Assembly (NCBI GenBank): GCA_028826165.1
Contig: JAPDFW010000081.1
Location: 682,001-746,000, forward strand
DNA from: Anaeramoeba ignava BMAN
Lineage: Eukaryota > Protista > Anaeramoebae
Direction of reading: 5' to 3'
Length of the DNA: 64,000 nucleotides
In this document: positions 52,194 through 63,277 of the stretch, in pieces
How positions within the stretch are numbered: position 1 is the first letter of the stretch
Layout of the letters: each line of letters begins with the position of its first letter
Notes under the pieces: model-generated
What the model was told of the DNA's origin: nothing
What the model saw: only the letters and a program-made list of their open reading frames with translations
Databases searched by the model: none
Made by a program: the position numbers and the translations under genes

Positions 52194-54282
52194 TTAATTA
52201 TTAGATGAATTTGTTGAATTATTTAAAGATTTGCACCAATCAGAAATAGGAATACAATTTGCATATGAACAAAAAGAACACCAAGAATTACCATTAATTC
52301 TAAAATAGAACATATAAAATCCAATACCAAAAAATGCAATAAGCAAAACAACACCAATTATAATTGAGATTATTTTTTTGATATTATATTTTTGACTTGG
52401 AAGAAGAATTAATGTTATAAAAAAACCTGAAAGAAATCCTCCAATATGTGCAAAGTTATCAACAGCAGGAAGTAATCCAAATCCAAAACTAAGTAAAGCA
52501 GATAATATGATTTTAAATAAAGCGCATTTCGGTTTTACAACATCATTCCAACTATTGATTAATTCACATAATAATAAAATAAATATTCCAAATAGTGATG
52601 AACTTGCTCCAACTTCTACCATATCTGGAAGAAAAATTGCACTTAAAAGATTCCCTCCAATTCCTGAAATTATGTAAATTATAAATATTCTTAAACTTCC
52701 TACTACTTTTTCAATCATTCTTCCTGCATAAATTTGAAAAAGTAAATTTATTAAAAGATGTATTATTCCAACATGTAAGAAAATTGGTGTAATAAATCTG
52801 TACCATTGGCCTGATGAATAAAATTTTATTTTCACCATCTTTATTTTTAGATAAAATATAAATTTATTTTTAATATTTTATTTTTGAATTTAATATTTTT
52901 ATTTTTTGAATTTAATAATAATATTTTTGAATTTAATAATAATATTTTAAATTTAATGATTTAATAATAATAATATTTTTGAATTTAATAATAATAATAT
53001 TTTTGAATTTAATAATAATATTTTTGGATTTAATAATAATATTTTTGAATTTAATAATAATATTTTTGGATTTAATAATATTTTTGAATTTAATAATAAT
53101 ATTTTTGAATTTAATAATAATATTTTTGAATTTAATAATAATATTTTTGAATTTAATAATAATATTTTTGAATTTAATATTTTTAAATTTAATAATATTT
53201 TTGAATTTAATAATAATATTTTTGGATTTAATAATAATATTTTTGAATTTAATAATAATATTTTTGAATTTAATAATAATATTTTTGAATTTAATAATAA
53301 TATTTTTGAATTTAATAATAATATTTTTGAATTTAATAATAATATTTTTGAATTTAATAATAATATTTTTGAATTTAATAATAATATTTTTTAATAATAA
53401 TAACATTTTTGAATTTAATAATATTATTATTTTGAATTTAATAATAATATTTTTGAATTTAATAATAATATTTTTGAATTTAATAATAATATTTTTGAAT
53501 TTATAACCTTTTGCACCCATTGAAACTAATGTTTGTAATGAAGGTCCAAACCAAGGATTAATACTTAATGATTCAAATCCTTTATTAATAACTATTTCAA
53601 TTACTAAAAGAATTATTTGTGCAAGTGAAACTATCCAAATAAAATAAGCTCTTTTTGATCTTTGATGTGGATCTTCTTCAAATAATTCATTTACAAGTTT
53701 TTCATTTTCATTTTGATTATTTGATTCAAAATATTTATTTAAAAGTTTTTCTTTTTCATCATCACTTTCATCTTCATTTTTATTTTTATTTTTATTTTCA
53801 CTTTGAGTTTCACTTTGAGTTTCACTATCAATTTCAAGTTTGATTTTATTGTCATCTAAATATTTTATTTGATAATCAATTTTATTATTAAATTGATTTT
53901 TGATTTGATATTCATTTTCATCAATTTCACTTTTTGAATTTGAATTTGAATTTGAATTAGATTTTGAATTTGAATTTGATTTTGATTTAGATTTTGAATT
54001 TGAATTTGATTTTGAATTTGATTTTGATTTAGATATAGATTGAGTTTCACTTTCAGTTTCACTATCAATTTGGATTTTAATTTGTTTTTGATTATAATTT
54101 TCATTTTCATTTTCATCACTTTCACTTTGAATTTGTGAGTTTGATTTAGATTTAGATTTAGATTTAGATTGAGTTTCACTTTCAGTTTCACTATCAATTT
54201 GGATTTTAATTTGTTTTTGATTATAATTTTCATTTTCATTTTCATCACTTTCACTTTGTATTTTAATTTTAATTTTATCCAT
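52194..54282 (-). CDS. Rhomboid intramembrane serine protease with long acidic/Ser-rich N-terminus, 2 exons
   Basis: 'NPWFGPS...LVSMGAK', 'QWYRFITPIFLHVGIIHLLIN', catalytic 'VGASSSLFG' and 'DNFAHIGGF', Cys-rich C-terminus. The exact acceptor site is ambiguous. Confidence 0.92.
52900..53505. repeat. 21-mer array TTTTTGAATTTAATAATAATA in the rhomboid intron
   Basis: Directly visible; produces the KFKNIII / NLIIIFL pseudo-ORFs. Confidence 0.92.
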
Positions 54283-54469
54283 TTTTTGTTTTGTTTTGTT
54301 TTGTTTTGTTTTGTTTTGTTTTGTTTTGTTTTGTTTTGTTATTTCTTGTTAAATTTAATGTAAAAATTTTAAAAAAGGAAAAAACAAGAAAAATTTTTAA
54401 ATTTGAATTTGAATTTTGTTTTGAAAAATTTGGAAAAGAAAAAAATGAAAAAAAAATTTTGATTTTAAT

Positions 54470-54795
54470 TTGATTTTGATTTTGATTATTAAATTTATTA
54501 ATTAATAAATCAAATAAATTTGGATTTGTTTGATTTAATTGAAAATAATCAATTCCAATTTGAATTTCATCAATTAATTTCTTGTGTAATTTGAATTTCA
54601 TCTTTAATTTGATTTGAATAAATCCAATATTCAAATATTTGAAATGATTTATTACTTAATTCACTTATTAGAAGTATCTTTTGTTACAGATAAAAACATT
54701 CCTCGACATAATTCACTTCTCATTATTAATATTAATTTTGGAAATTTATATTGTTTTTCTTTTCTTTCAATAATAAAATCTTTTTCATTAATTTA
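54470..54795 (-). pseudogene. Decayed 3' fragment of an RCC1-BTB paralog
   Basis: Matches 60130-60450 ('KDFIIERKEKQYKFPKLILIMRSEL...GIDYFQLNQTNPNLFDLLINKFNNQN') with small deletions and no 5' part. Confidence 0.85.
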
Positions 54796-55842
54796 TTTCA
54801 AAAATGGAATAAAGAATATTAAATAATTAAATTTAAAATTAATTCTATTTTATATATTTTATTAATATTTCAAATTTAAAATTATATTTTAATATTTTAT
54901 TCTTTTATTTAATTTATTTCAAAAAAATAATATAAAACAATTAAATTTCAAAATAATTTAATAAATTAATATTTCTTTATTTAAAATAATATAAAATTAT
55001 TCCCAATAATTTAATACAAATTGAAAAGAAAATTGAAATATTTTAATAAAGATAAATATTTAATTTTAATAATAATTAATAATTTAATTTAAATTTATTT
55101 TATTTTAATTTGATATAATATTTTTATTTATTATATTAATATTTTTGATTATTTATTATTCCAATTTTAATTATAATAAAATATATTAAAAAGTGGAATA
55201 AATATTTTAATAAAGATATATATTTAATTTTAATATTTTAATAAAAGATAATAATTTAATTTAAATTTATTTATTTTAATTTGATATAATATTTTAATTT
55301 ATTTATTTTATTAATATTTTTTAATTATTTATTATTTCAATTTTTAATTATATATTCCAATTTTAAAAATAAAAAATTAAAAATAAAATTAAAAAATTAA
55401 AAAATTTTAAATAAATTGAATTTAACATGATTGAATAAGATAAACTTTCTAAAAAAATAATTTACTAATTATTCTATTTTTTGATTTTGATTATAATTTA
55501 TTAATATTTAAATATTAATTAATAATAAATTTTATTTGATTTTTTTTATTTTAATATTTTAATTAATGAATTTAAATTTAATTATTATTAATTTCTATTT
55601 TCAATTTTTATTTTTATTTATTATATTAAAAATATTCAATTTTTTAAAATTTATTATTATTTTTTATTAATTAAATTTTTAATAAATATTTTAAATTAAA
55701 ATTAAATTATTTAAAATTTGATTTGTTTTTTATTTATTATTTTAAAGAAATTAATTTGATTAAAAGTAAATTAAAATTGAATTAAATTTTGAAATAAAAA
55801 ATTAAAAAAAAAAAGTCTGATTTTCTTATTATTAATTAATTT

Positions 55843-57427
55843 TTAAATGAAATAAGTTTCAACTTCATCAACAACCCATTTATCATAAGAACCAGCTAAA
55901 TAACTTTTAGTTTCATTTGTATCATAAGTAATTCCATTAGGTAGATTATAACTTTTACCAAAATCTGAATAACCAGGTTGTAAATTAGATTCTAAAATAA
56001 AATCACTTCCACTACCAAACCATGGACCATGATTTAAACCAGAATAAATTGCACGATTTTTGCCATTATGTGTAAAGTTTGCAGGTATTCTATCCCCTTT
56101 ATCATTTCTTAATGAAAAAATAAATGCATTTGAGTCTTTAATGTATCCTGTATTTCCATTAAATCCAACTTGAGTAAAACCTCCAAAAATAAAATTATCT
56201 TTTGTTTTGATAATAACTAATGTTTTTCCTTTCCCATCAACTGCTTTATGCCAATTTTTAGAATTAAATCCATCTCTTTTTGCTGAAAATCCTTTTTTCA
56301 TTTTAGAAAAAAAATCATTATCATTTATCCATTCTTGTAATTTCTTAACATATTCAATATCTTTAACAATTTCTGAATCTGAAAAATCTGAGGAATTTTG
56401 CATTTTTCTTTTTCATTTTAAATTTTCAATTTCTTTTTGTTTTTTTTCAATTTCTTCAATTTCTTTTTTTCATTTTCAATTTTTTTCTTTATTTCATTTT
56501 TCAATTTTCATTTGTTGATTTTCTTTGTTTTTATTCTCAACTTCTTTCTTCCATTTCTCTTCAATTTCTTTTTGATTATCTTGAATAACTTTGTTTTGAA
56601 TATCAACTAAAAAAGATTTAGGAAAAGAATCAAATTGTTTTAATTTATCAAAATCTTGTTTTGAAATTGAATCTTTATCAAATAATGAAAAAAAAGAATG
56701 AAATAATCTTTTCTTTTCAATTCCATTTTCTTTTTCTTTCTTTAATTTTAATCTTTGATTTCTTTTTTTAATCCAATTATTTAAAAATTGAAAAAAATCA
56801 AATTGAAAAATTTCTTTTTTTTCTTGTTTAAATTGAATAAATTTGATAATTTCTTCTTTAGTTAAATTGAATAAATTCTCATTATTCTGAATTTGGGAAA
56901 AATTTTGATTTATTAATTCAAAACATTTTATTTCAATTTCATTTGAATTTAAATTTCGATTTTGGAATAAAAAATTGGAAAAAATTTGAATAATTAATTG
57001 AATTTAAAATTTTTTTTTGAATAATTTCTTTCAATAAATTTAATTTAAAATAAATTGAAATTTCTAATAATTGAAGAAGATTTTCTTGATTCTCAAAAGA
57101 AATATTTCCATAATAAATATAACTCAAAATTGATTCCATTTCTTTTTTATTAAATTGATTTAAAGAAATAGAAAGAGATTCTTGCCTTAATGATTCATTA
57201 AAAAAAGGAGATCTTGAAGATAAAATTGATTTATGAACTTTAATTTCAAAAGGATTTGATTTATTCTCAACAAAAATTGAAAAATCTTTAAATGAATTTC
57301 CATTTAAAAGGTTTGAATAATCTTTAATTAAATTTTTTGTTACTTTTTTTTCTAAATTTTTCATTTCATTTTCATTTTGATTTTGATTTGCATTTTGAAT
57401 TTGGTTATTATTATTATTATTATCCAT
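55843..57427 (-). CDS. BTB - coiled coil - TLDc protein (frameshifts at ~56970 and ~56460; gene or pseudogene)
   Basis: BTB 'FKDFSIFV...IKVHKSILSSRSPFF...ILSYIYYG'. TLDc 'GFSAKRDGFNSKNWHKAVDGKGKTLVIIKT...IFGGFT...AFIFSL...GPWFG...DEVETY'. Confidence 0.8.
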
Positions 57428-57824
57428 TTTGTTTTTGTTTTTGTGTTTTTGTTTTTGTTTTGTTTTTTAAAAAAAAGGAAAAAAATGAAAAAAAAAAATT
57501 TAAAAATAAAAAGTGGATTTTGAAAATAAATAAAAATATAAAAAATAAGAATAAATTTAAATTAATAATTAATTTAATTTTCTTTTTAATTTATTATTTT
57601 AAATTAATTTATTAATAAATTATTATTATTTTTATTAATTTTTCATTATTAAAAAAAAGGAAAATTATTTTAATTTAATTTTTAATTTAATTTTTTTTTG
57701 GAATTTAAAAATTATTAATAAATTTAAATTTAAAAACAAATTTCCAAATTAATATTAATTCAATTTAATTCAAAAAAAAAGATAAAATTTTAATTTCAAA
57801 AAAATCAATTTTCAAAATATTTTT

Positions 57825-58315
57825 AAATAATAAAATATTTAAATCTAAAGCAATAAATTATTATTTTAATAATAAAATTAAATATTAAATTATATTTTTA
57901 AATTAATTTATAAATTAAATATTAAATTAAATCTATTCTCATTTTTTATATTTTATATGTTAAATATTTAAATAATAAAATATTTAAATCTAAAACATTA
58001 AATTATTATTTTAATAATAAAATTAAATATTAAATTATATTTTTAAATTAATTTATAAATTAAATATTAAATTAAATCTATTCTTATTTTTTATATTTTA
58101 TATGTTAAATATTTAAATAATAAAATATTTAAATCTAAAACAATAAATTATTAAACATAAAATTAAATATTAAATTATATTTTTAAATTAATTTATAAAT
58201 TAAATATTAAATTATATTTTTTATTTTTAAACATAAAAATTAAATATTAAATTATATTTTTAAATTAATTTATAAATTAGATATTAAATTAAATCTATTC
58301 TTATTTTTTATTAAC
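57825..58315. repeat. 145-bp AT-rich tandem repeat, ~3 copies
   Basis: AATAATAAAATATTTAAATCTAAA at 57826, 57971 and 58116. Confidence 0.85.
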
Positions 58316-58323
58316 ATTAAATT

Positions 58324-60072
58324 TTAAATTAATAAATCAAATAAATTTGGATTTGTTTGATTTAATTGAAAATAATCAATTCCAGTTTCTAATTCATCAA
58401 TTATTTCTTGTGTAATTTGAATTTCTTCTTTAATTTGATTTGAATAAATCCAATATTCAAATATTTGAAATGATTTATTACTTAATTCACTATAATCTGT
58501 AACTTTATTAGATTTATCTTCAGTTACAGATAAAAACATTCCTCGATATAATTCACTTCTCATTATTAATATTAATTTAGGAAATTTATATTGTTTTTCT
58601 TTTCTTTCAATTATAAAATCTTTTTCATTTTCATTTTCATTTAAATAAATTCTTTTAATTGTTTCTTCAATTTTTTCATTTGAATTTATAATTTCTTTAA
58701 TTTCAGAATATAATTTTGGATTTATTTTGGAATTGTTTGAATAAATCATTTCAAATATTTGATTTGATTCTTTAATTGATTTTTTTGAAATAATTTCTTG
58801 AAGTTTTTCAATTTGATTTTCATTTTGATTTAATCTATATTTCAATATTAATTTATGAGCTTTGATTATTTCTCCATTTTCGGTTTTAAATGAAATATTA
58901 CAAAATTCTTTTCTTCTAAATAATTTTATCAAATCTTCTTCAAGATTGGAAAAAGAAGGAGGAGAATAATAAAGAAATGAATTATTAAATCCACAAGAAA
59001 TATGATAATTAGAAATATTTTCATTAAATCTTAATTTAGGAAGTTCAATTTGAATTGGAATTAATTGATTATTTGTATCTCCAGTTCCTAATTGACCATA
59101 ATCATTATATCCAAATCCTATTAATTTATTATTGGATGTTAAAATCAAAGTATGAGAATTTGCAACAGAAAAATCACGAATATTATCATTTTCAAATAAA
59201 GGTGATTTGATTTCAGTAAATTCATAAGTATCTGTATCAAGTCCATTTAATCCAGAATTTCCACATGAATAAAGTTTTCTTTTTGGATTTTCATTTTCAT
59301 TTTCAATCAACATTATTGAATAATATTCTCCACATTGAATATCAATTATTTTACCTTTTGGAATATTTTGAAATTGGGTTAATTTATGGATATTTGTTTC
59401 TTCTATTGATTCTCCTAATCCAATCTGATCATATTCATTATATCCGCATGCAAATAATTCTTGATTTGAATTTAAAAGAAAAACATGAAATGAACCAGTT
59501 CCTGAAAATATTTTAGAAACATTTTTCATCATTAAAATTGGTTTTTCTGTTTTTGAAATTGTTTCAGAATCAAAACCAAGTTGACCAAAAGAATTTGAAC
59601 CAATTCCATAAGAATTTTGATTTGAAGTTAATAAGTAAACTGAACTAAATCCAGAAACAATATCTTGAATTATTCTATCATTTGGATCTTCAATTAATGA
59701 TGAAATATTGATAAATTCATTTGGATTATTTGGATTAATATTATATCCTTTTGCAAATACATTTCCTTCTATTGTTAAAATAGCTTCATTTTGTTCACCA
59801 ACAGTTACTTTTTGAATATTTTCTTCAATTTGGATTTTTTCAGGATTTTGATTTGAATCATTTTCATTTAAATATTCTATTGCTTTTCCATTTTTAAAAA
59901 GGAAAATTGTTGAATAATAACTTGATGAAATTTGTTTAATTTGTTTTTCATTTTCATTTTCATTTTCATTTTCATTTTCAAATTTAAATTGAATTGGTTT
60001 TTTTATTTTATTTGGTTTATTTTTGATAAAAATTGGATTTGTATTGTAACCAAAAAATAAACAATCATTCAT
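58324..60072 (-). CDS. RCC1-repeat beta-propeller + C-terminal BTB-like domains (paralog A)
   Basis: RCC1 motifs 'GSNSFGQLG' and 'HTLILT...GFGYNDYGQLG'. BTB-like 'EEDLIKLFRRKEFCNISF...IKAHKLILKYR'. Intronless. Confidence 0.9.
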   Translation of the reverse strand: MNDCLFFGYNTNPIFIKNKPNKIKKPIQFKFENENENENENEKQIKQISSSYYSTIFLFKNGKAIEYLNENDSNQNPEKIQIEENIQKVTVGEQNEAILTIEGNVFAKGYNINPNNPNEFINISSLIEDPNDRIIQDIVSGFSSVYLLTSNQNSYGIGSNSFGQLGFDSETISKTEKPILMMKNVSKIFSGTGSFHVFLLNSNQELFACGYNEYDQIGLGESIEETNIHKLTQFQNIPKGKIIDIQCGEYYSIMLIENENENPKRKLYSCGNSGLNGLDTDTYEFTEIKSPLFENDNIRDFSVANSHTLILTSNNKLIGFGYNDYGQLGTGDTNNQLIPIQIELPKLRFNENISNYHISCGFNNSFLYYSPPSFSNLEEDLIKLFRRKEFCNISFKTENGEIIKAHKLILKYRLNQNENQIEKLQEIISKKSIKESNQIFEMIYSNNSKINPKLYSEIKEIINSNEKIEETIKRIYLNENENEKDFIIERKEKQYKFPKLILIMRSELYRGMFLSVTEDKSNKVTDYSELSNKSFQIFEYWIYSNQIKEEIQITQEIIDELETGIDYFQLNQTNPNLFDLLI

Positions 60073-60129
60073 TTTTAAAAAGAAAAAAATGAAAAAAATA
60101 ATTTTGGATTTTTAATTTTAATTTTAATT

Positions 60130-61935
60130 TTAATTTTGATTATTAAATTTGTTAATTAATAAATCAAATAAATTTGGATTTGTTTGATTTAATTGAAAAT
60201 AATCAATTCCAATTTCAATTTCATCAATAATTTCTTGTGTAATTTGAATTCCTTCTTTAATTTGATTTGAATAAATCCAATATTCTAATAATTGAAATGA
60301 TTTATTACTTAATTCACTATAATCTGTAACTTTATTAGATTTATCTTCAGTTACAGATAAAAACATTCCTCGATATAATTCACTTCTCATTATTAATATT
60401 AATTTAGGAAATTTATATTGGTTTTCTTTTCTTTCAATTATAAAATCTTTTTCATTTTCATTTTCATTTTCATTTAAATAAATTCTTTTCATTGTTTCTT
60501 CAATTTTTTCATTTGAATTTATAATTTCTTTAATTTCAGAATATAATTTTGGATTTATTATTTTGTTTGAATAAATCATTTCAAATATTTGATTTGATTC
60601 TTTAATTGATTTTTTTGAAATAATTTCTTGAAGTTTTTCAATTTGATTTTCATTTTGATTTAATCTATATTTCAATATTAATTTATGAGCTTTAATTATT
60701 TCTCCATTTTCGGTTTTAAATGAAATATCACAAAATTCTTTTCTTCTAAATAGTTTTATCAAATCTTCTTCAAGATTGGAAAAAGGAGGAAGAGAATAAT
60801 AAAGAAATGATCTTTGATATCCACAAGAAATATGATAATTAGAAATATTTTCATTAAATCTTAATTTAGGAAGTTCAATTTGAATTGGAATTGGTTGAGA
60901 TATTGCATATTCAAATCCTAATTCACCGCATTCACTTCTCCCAAATCCAATTAATTTCCCTTTGGATGTTAAAATCAAAGTATGCCGATTTCCAATAGAA
61001 AAATCAATAATATTATCATCATTTTCAAATAAAGATGTTTTGATTTCAGTAAATTCATAAGTAAATTCATTTTTGTAAAGTCCATTAGTTAGCCGATTCC
61101 CACATGAATAAAGTTTTCTTTTTGGATTTTTATTTTTATTTTTATTTTTATTTTGATTTTGATTTTGATTTTGATTTTGATTTTCATCTTCAATCAACAT
61201 TATTGAATTTGCCCATCCACATTGAATATCAATTATTTTACCTTTTGGAATATTTTGGATTTTGGTTAATTTTTGGATTTTTGTTTCTTTTTTTCTTGAT
61301 TCTCCTAATCCAAGTTGACTCCATTGATTATATCCACATACAAATAATTCTTGATTTGAATTTAAAAGAAAAACATGAGCTGAAGCATTTCCTGAAAATA
61401 TTTTAGAAACATTTTTCATCATTAAAATTGGTTTTTCTGTTTTTGGAAGTGTTTTAGAATCAAAACCAAGTTGACCCCAAACATTTGAACCAATTCCATA
61501 AGAATTTTGATTTGAAGTTAATAAGTAAACTGAACCAACTCCAGAAACAATATCTTGAAATATTCTATCATTTGGATCTTCAATTAATGATGAAATATTG
61601 ATAAATTCATTTGGATTTTTTGAATTAATATTTTTTCCTTTTGCAAATACATTTCCTTCTTTTGTTAAAATAGCTTCATTATAACAACCAACAGTTACTT
61701 TTTGAATATTTTCAATTTGGATTTTTTGAGGATTTTGATATAAATATGTTAAATATTCTATTGCTTTTCCATTTTCAAAAAGGAAAATTGTTGAAAAATA
61801 ACCTGTTGCAATTTGTTTAATTTGTTTTTCATTTTCATTTTCAAATTTAAATTGAATTGGTTTTATTATTTTATCTGGTTTATTTTTGATAAGTTTTGGT
61901 AATTGATTTAAACCAAAAAATAAACAATCATTCAT
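60130..61935 (-). CDS. RCC1-repeat beta-propeller + C-terminal BTB-like domains (paralog B)
   Basis: Same architecture; tandem duplicate of 58324-60072. Confidence 0.9.
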   Translation of the reverse strand: MNDCLFFGLNQLPKLIKNKPDKIIKPIQFKFENENEKQIKQIATGYFSTIFLFENGKAIEYLTYLYQNPQKIQIENIQKVTVGCYNEAILTKEGNVFAKGKNINSKNPNEFINISSLIEDPNDRIFQDIVSGVGSVYLLTSNQNSYGIGSNVWGQLGFDSKTLPKTEKPILMMKNVSKIFSGNASAHVFLLNSNQELFVCGYNQWSQLGLGESRKKETKIQKLTKIQNIPKGKIIDIQCGWANSIMLIEDENQNQNQNQNQNKNKNKNKNPKRKLYSCGNRLTNGLYKNEFTYEFTEIKTSLFENDDNIIDFSIGNRHTLILTSKGKLIGFGRSECGELGFEYAISQPIPIQIELPKLRFNENISNYHISCGYQRSFLYYSLPPFSNLEEDLIKLFRRKEFCDISFKTENGEIIKAHKLILKYRLNQNENQIEKLQEIISKKSIKESNQIFEMIYSNKIINPKLYSEIKEIINSNEKIEETMKRIYLNENENENEKDFIIERKENQYKFPKLILIMRSELYRGMFLSVTEDKSNKVTDYSELSNKSFQLLEYWIYSNQIKEGIQITQEIIDEIEIGIDYFQLNQTNPNLFDLLINKFNNQN

Positions 61936-62011
61936 TTTTAAAAAATGAAAAAAATGAAAAAATTGATTTTAATTTTGGATTTTTTCATTTTTTTCATTTA
62001 TTTTAAAAAGA

Positions 62012-62804
62012 ATGGAAAAGAAAGAAAAACTTATTGAATCAATTCAAAGTAAAGATAAAGAAAAGATTGAAGAAGTATTTGATGCTAAAACAGCTAAAAA
62101 AATATTTCAAGTAATTGAAAAAGGAAAAACTATTGAAATTTTAGCAGCTTTAAAATCAGGTGAAAAAGAAGATCTAGAAAATTTTTTCAAAGAATTAGAA
62201 CTTATAGAAGAAGTAAAATTATAAAAATTAGAAAGAAGAAGATTATTTGCAAATTCAAAATAAATTCAATTCAAAAATAAATTCAATTCAAAATAAATTC
62301 AATTAAAAATAAATTCAATTCAAAATAAATTCAAAATAAAAATAGAGAAAAAAAGCAGAATTATTAATTGCTCAAATAATTATTAAAATTTGTGAAGAAA
62401 TAAATGAAGAAACAGTTAATAAAATACATCAAAATGAAGAACCAAACAAAACCCTTTTCACATTTGGAGCAGGAGCAATAGGATTATTACTTGGAGGATA
62501 TCGTGGTGCTTTATTATGTTCACTTTGCACTTATTTAAGCTTAAATTATACTACAAAAAATCAATATGAAAATACTAATCTTAGATTGTCTCGATTTATG
62601 TTAAAGCATTTTAGAAATTCTCTTCTTAAAATTGAATCTCCAAGTGATAAAGAAGGAATTACCAAGTTTATTAGTAAAAATAGAAATCAATTTATTGAAA
62701 AACTTAAAGAATGGGCTTCAATCGAAAATCCTGAACATTTTGATGATAATGAAGAAGAAGAAGAAGAAAAAGAAGAAAATGATTCAAAAACAGAAAGAAA
62801 TTAA
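62012..62804 (+). CDS. Hypothetical protein with a Gly-rich hydrophobic segment, 2 exons (intron ~62214-62345)
   Basis: Exon 1 ...ELIEE|RKKAELLIAQ...TLFTFGAGAIGLLLGGYRGALLCSLCTYL... runs in frame into the 62586-62804 ORF. Confidence 0.72.
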
Positions 62805-63277
62805 AATTCAAAAATCAAAATCAAAATCAAAATCAAAATCAAAATTCAAATTCAAAAATCAAAAATTTAAATTAAAAATCAAAAATCAAAATAAAAAATC
62901 AAAATTCAAAATTCAAAAATCAAATTTAAATTAAAAAAAAATCAAATTCAAAATCAAATTCAAAATCAAATTCAAAAATCTAATTCAAATTTAAATTCAA
63001 ATTCAAAATTCCAAAATTCAAAAAATTCAAAATCAAAAATTAAATTCAAATTAAATTTAAATTCAAAATTAAATTTAAATTCAAAATCAAATTCAAAATT
63101 AAATTAAATTAAAAATCAAATCAAAATCAAATTCAAATTCAAATTCAAATTCAAATTCAAATTCAAAATTCAAAATTAAATCAAAATTCAAAATTCAAAA
63201 TTCAAATTCAAAATTAAATTCAAGTTTCCTTCTTTTCTTGTTTCGTTTCGTTTTGTTTTGTTTTGTTTTGTTTTGTT

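Noticed and set aside
62346-62760. Bcl-2-like fold for the orphan protein
   Set aside because: Only vague helical similarity; no NWGR or GGW motifs.
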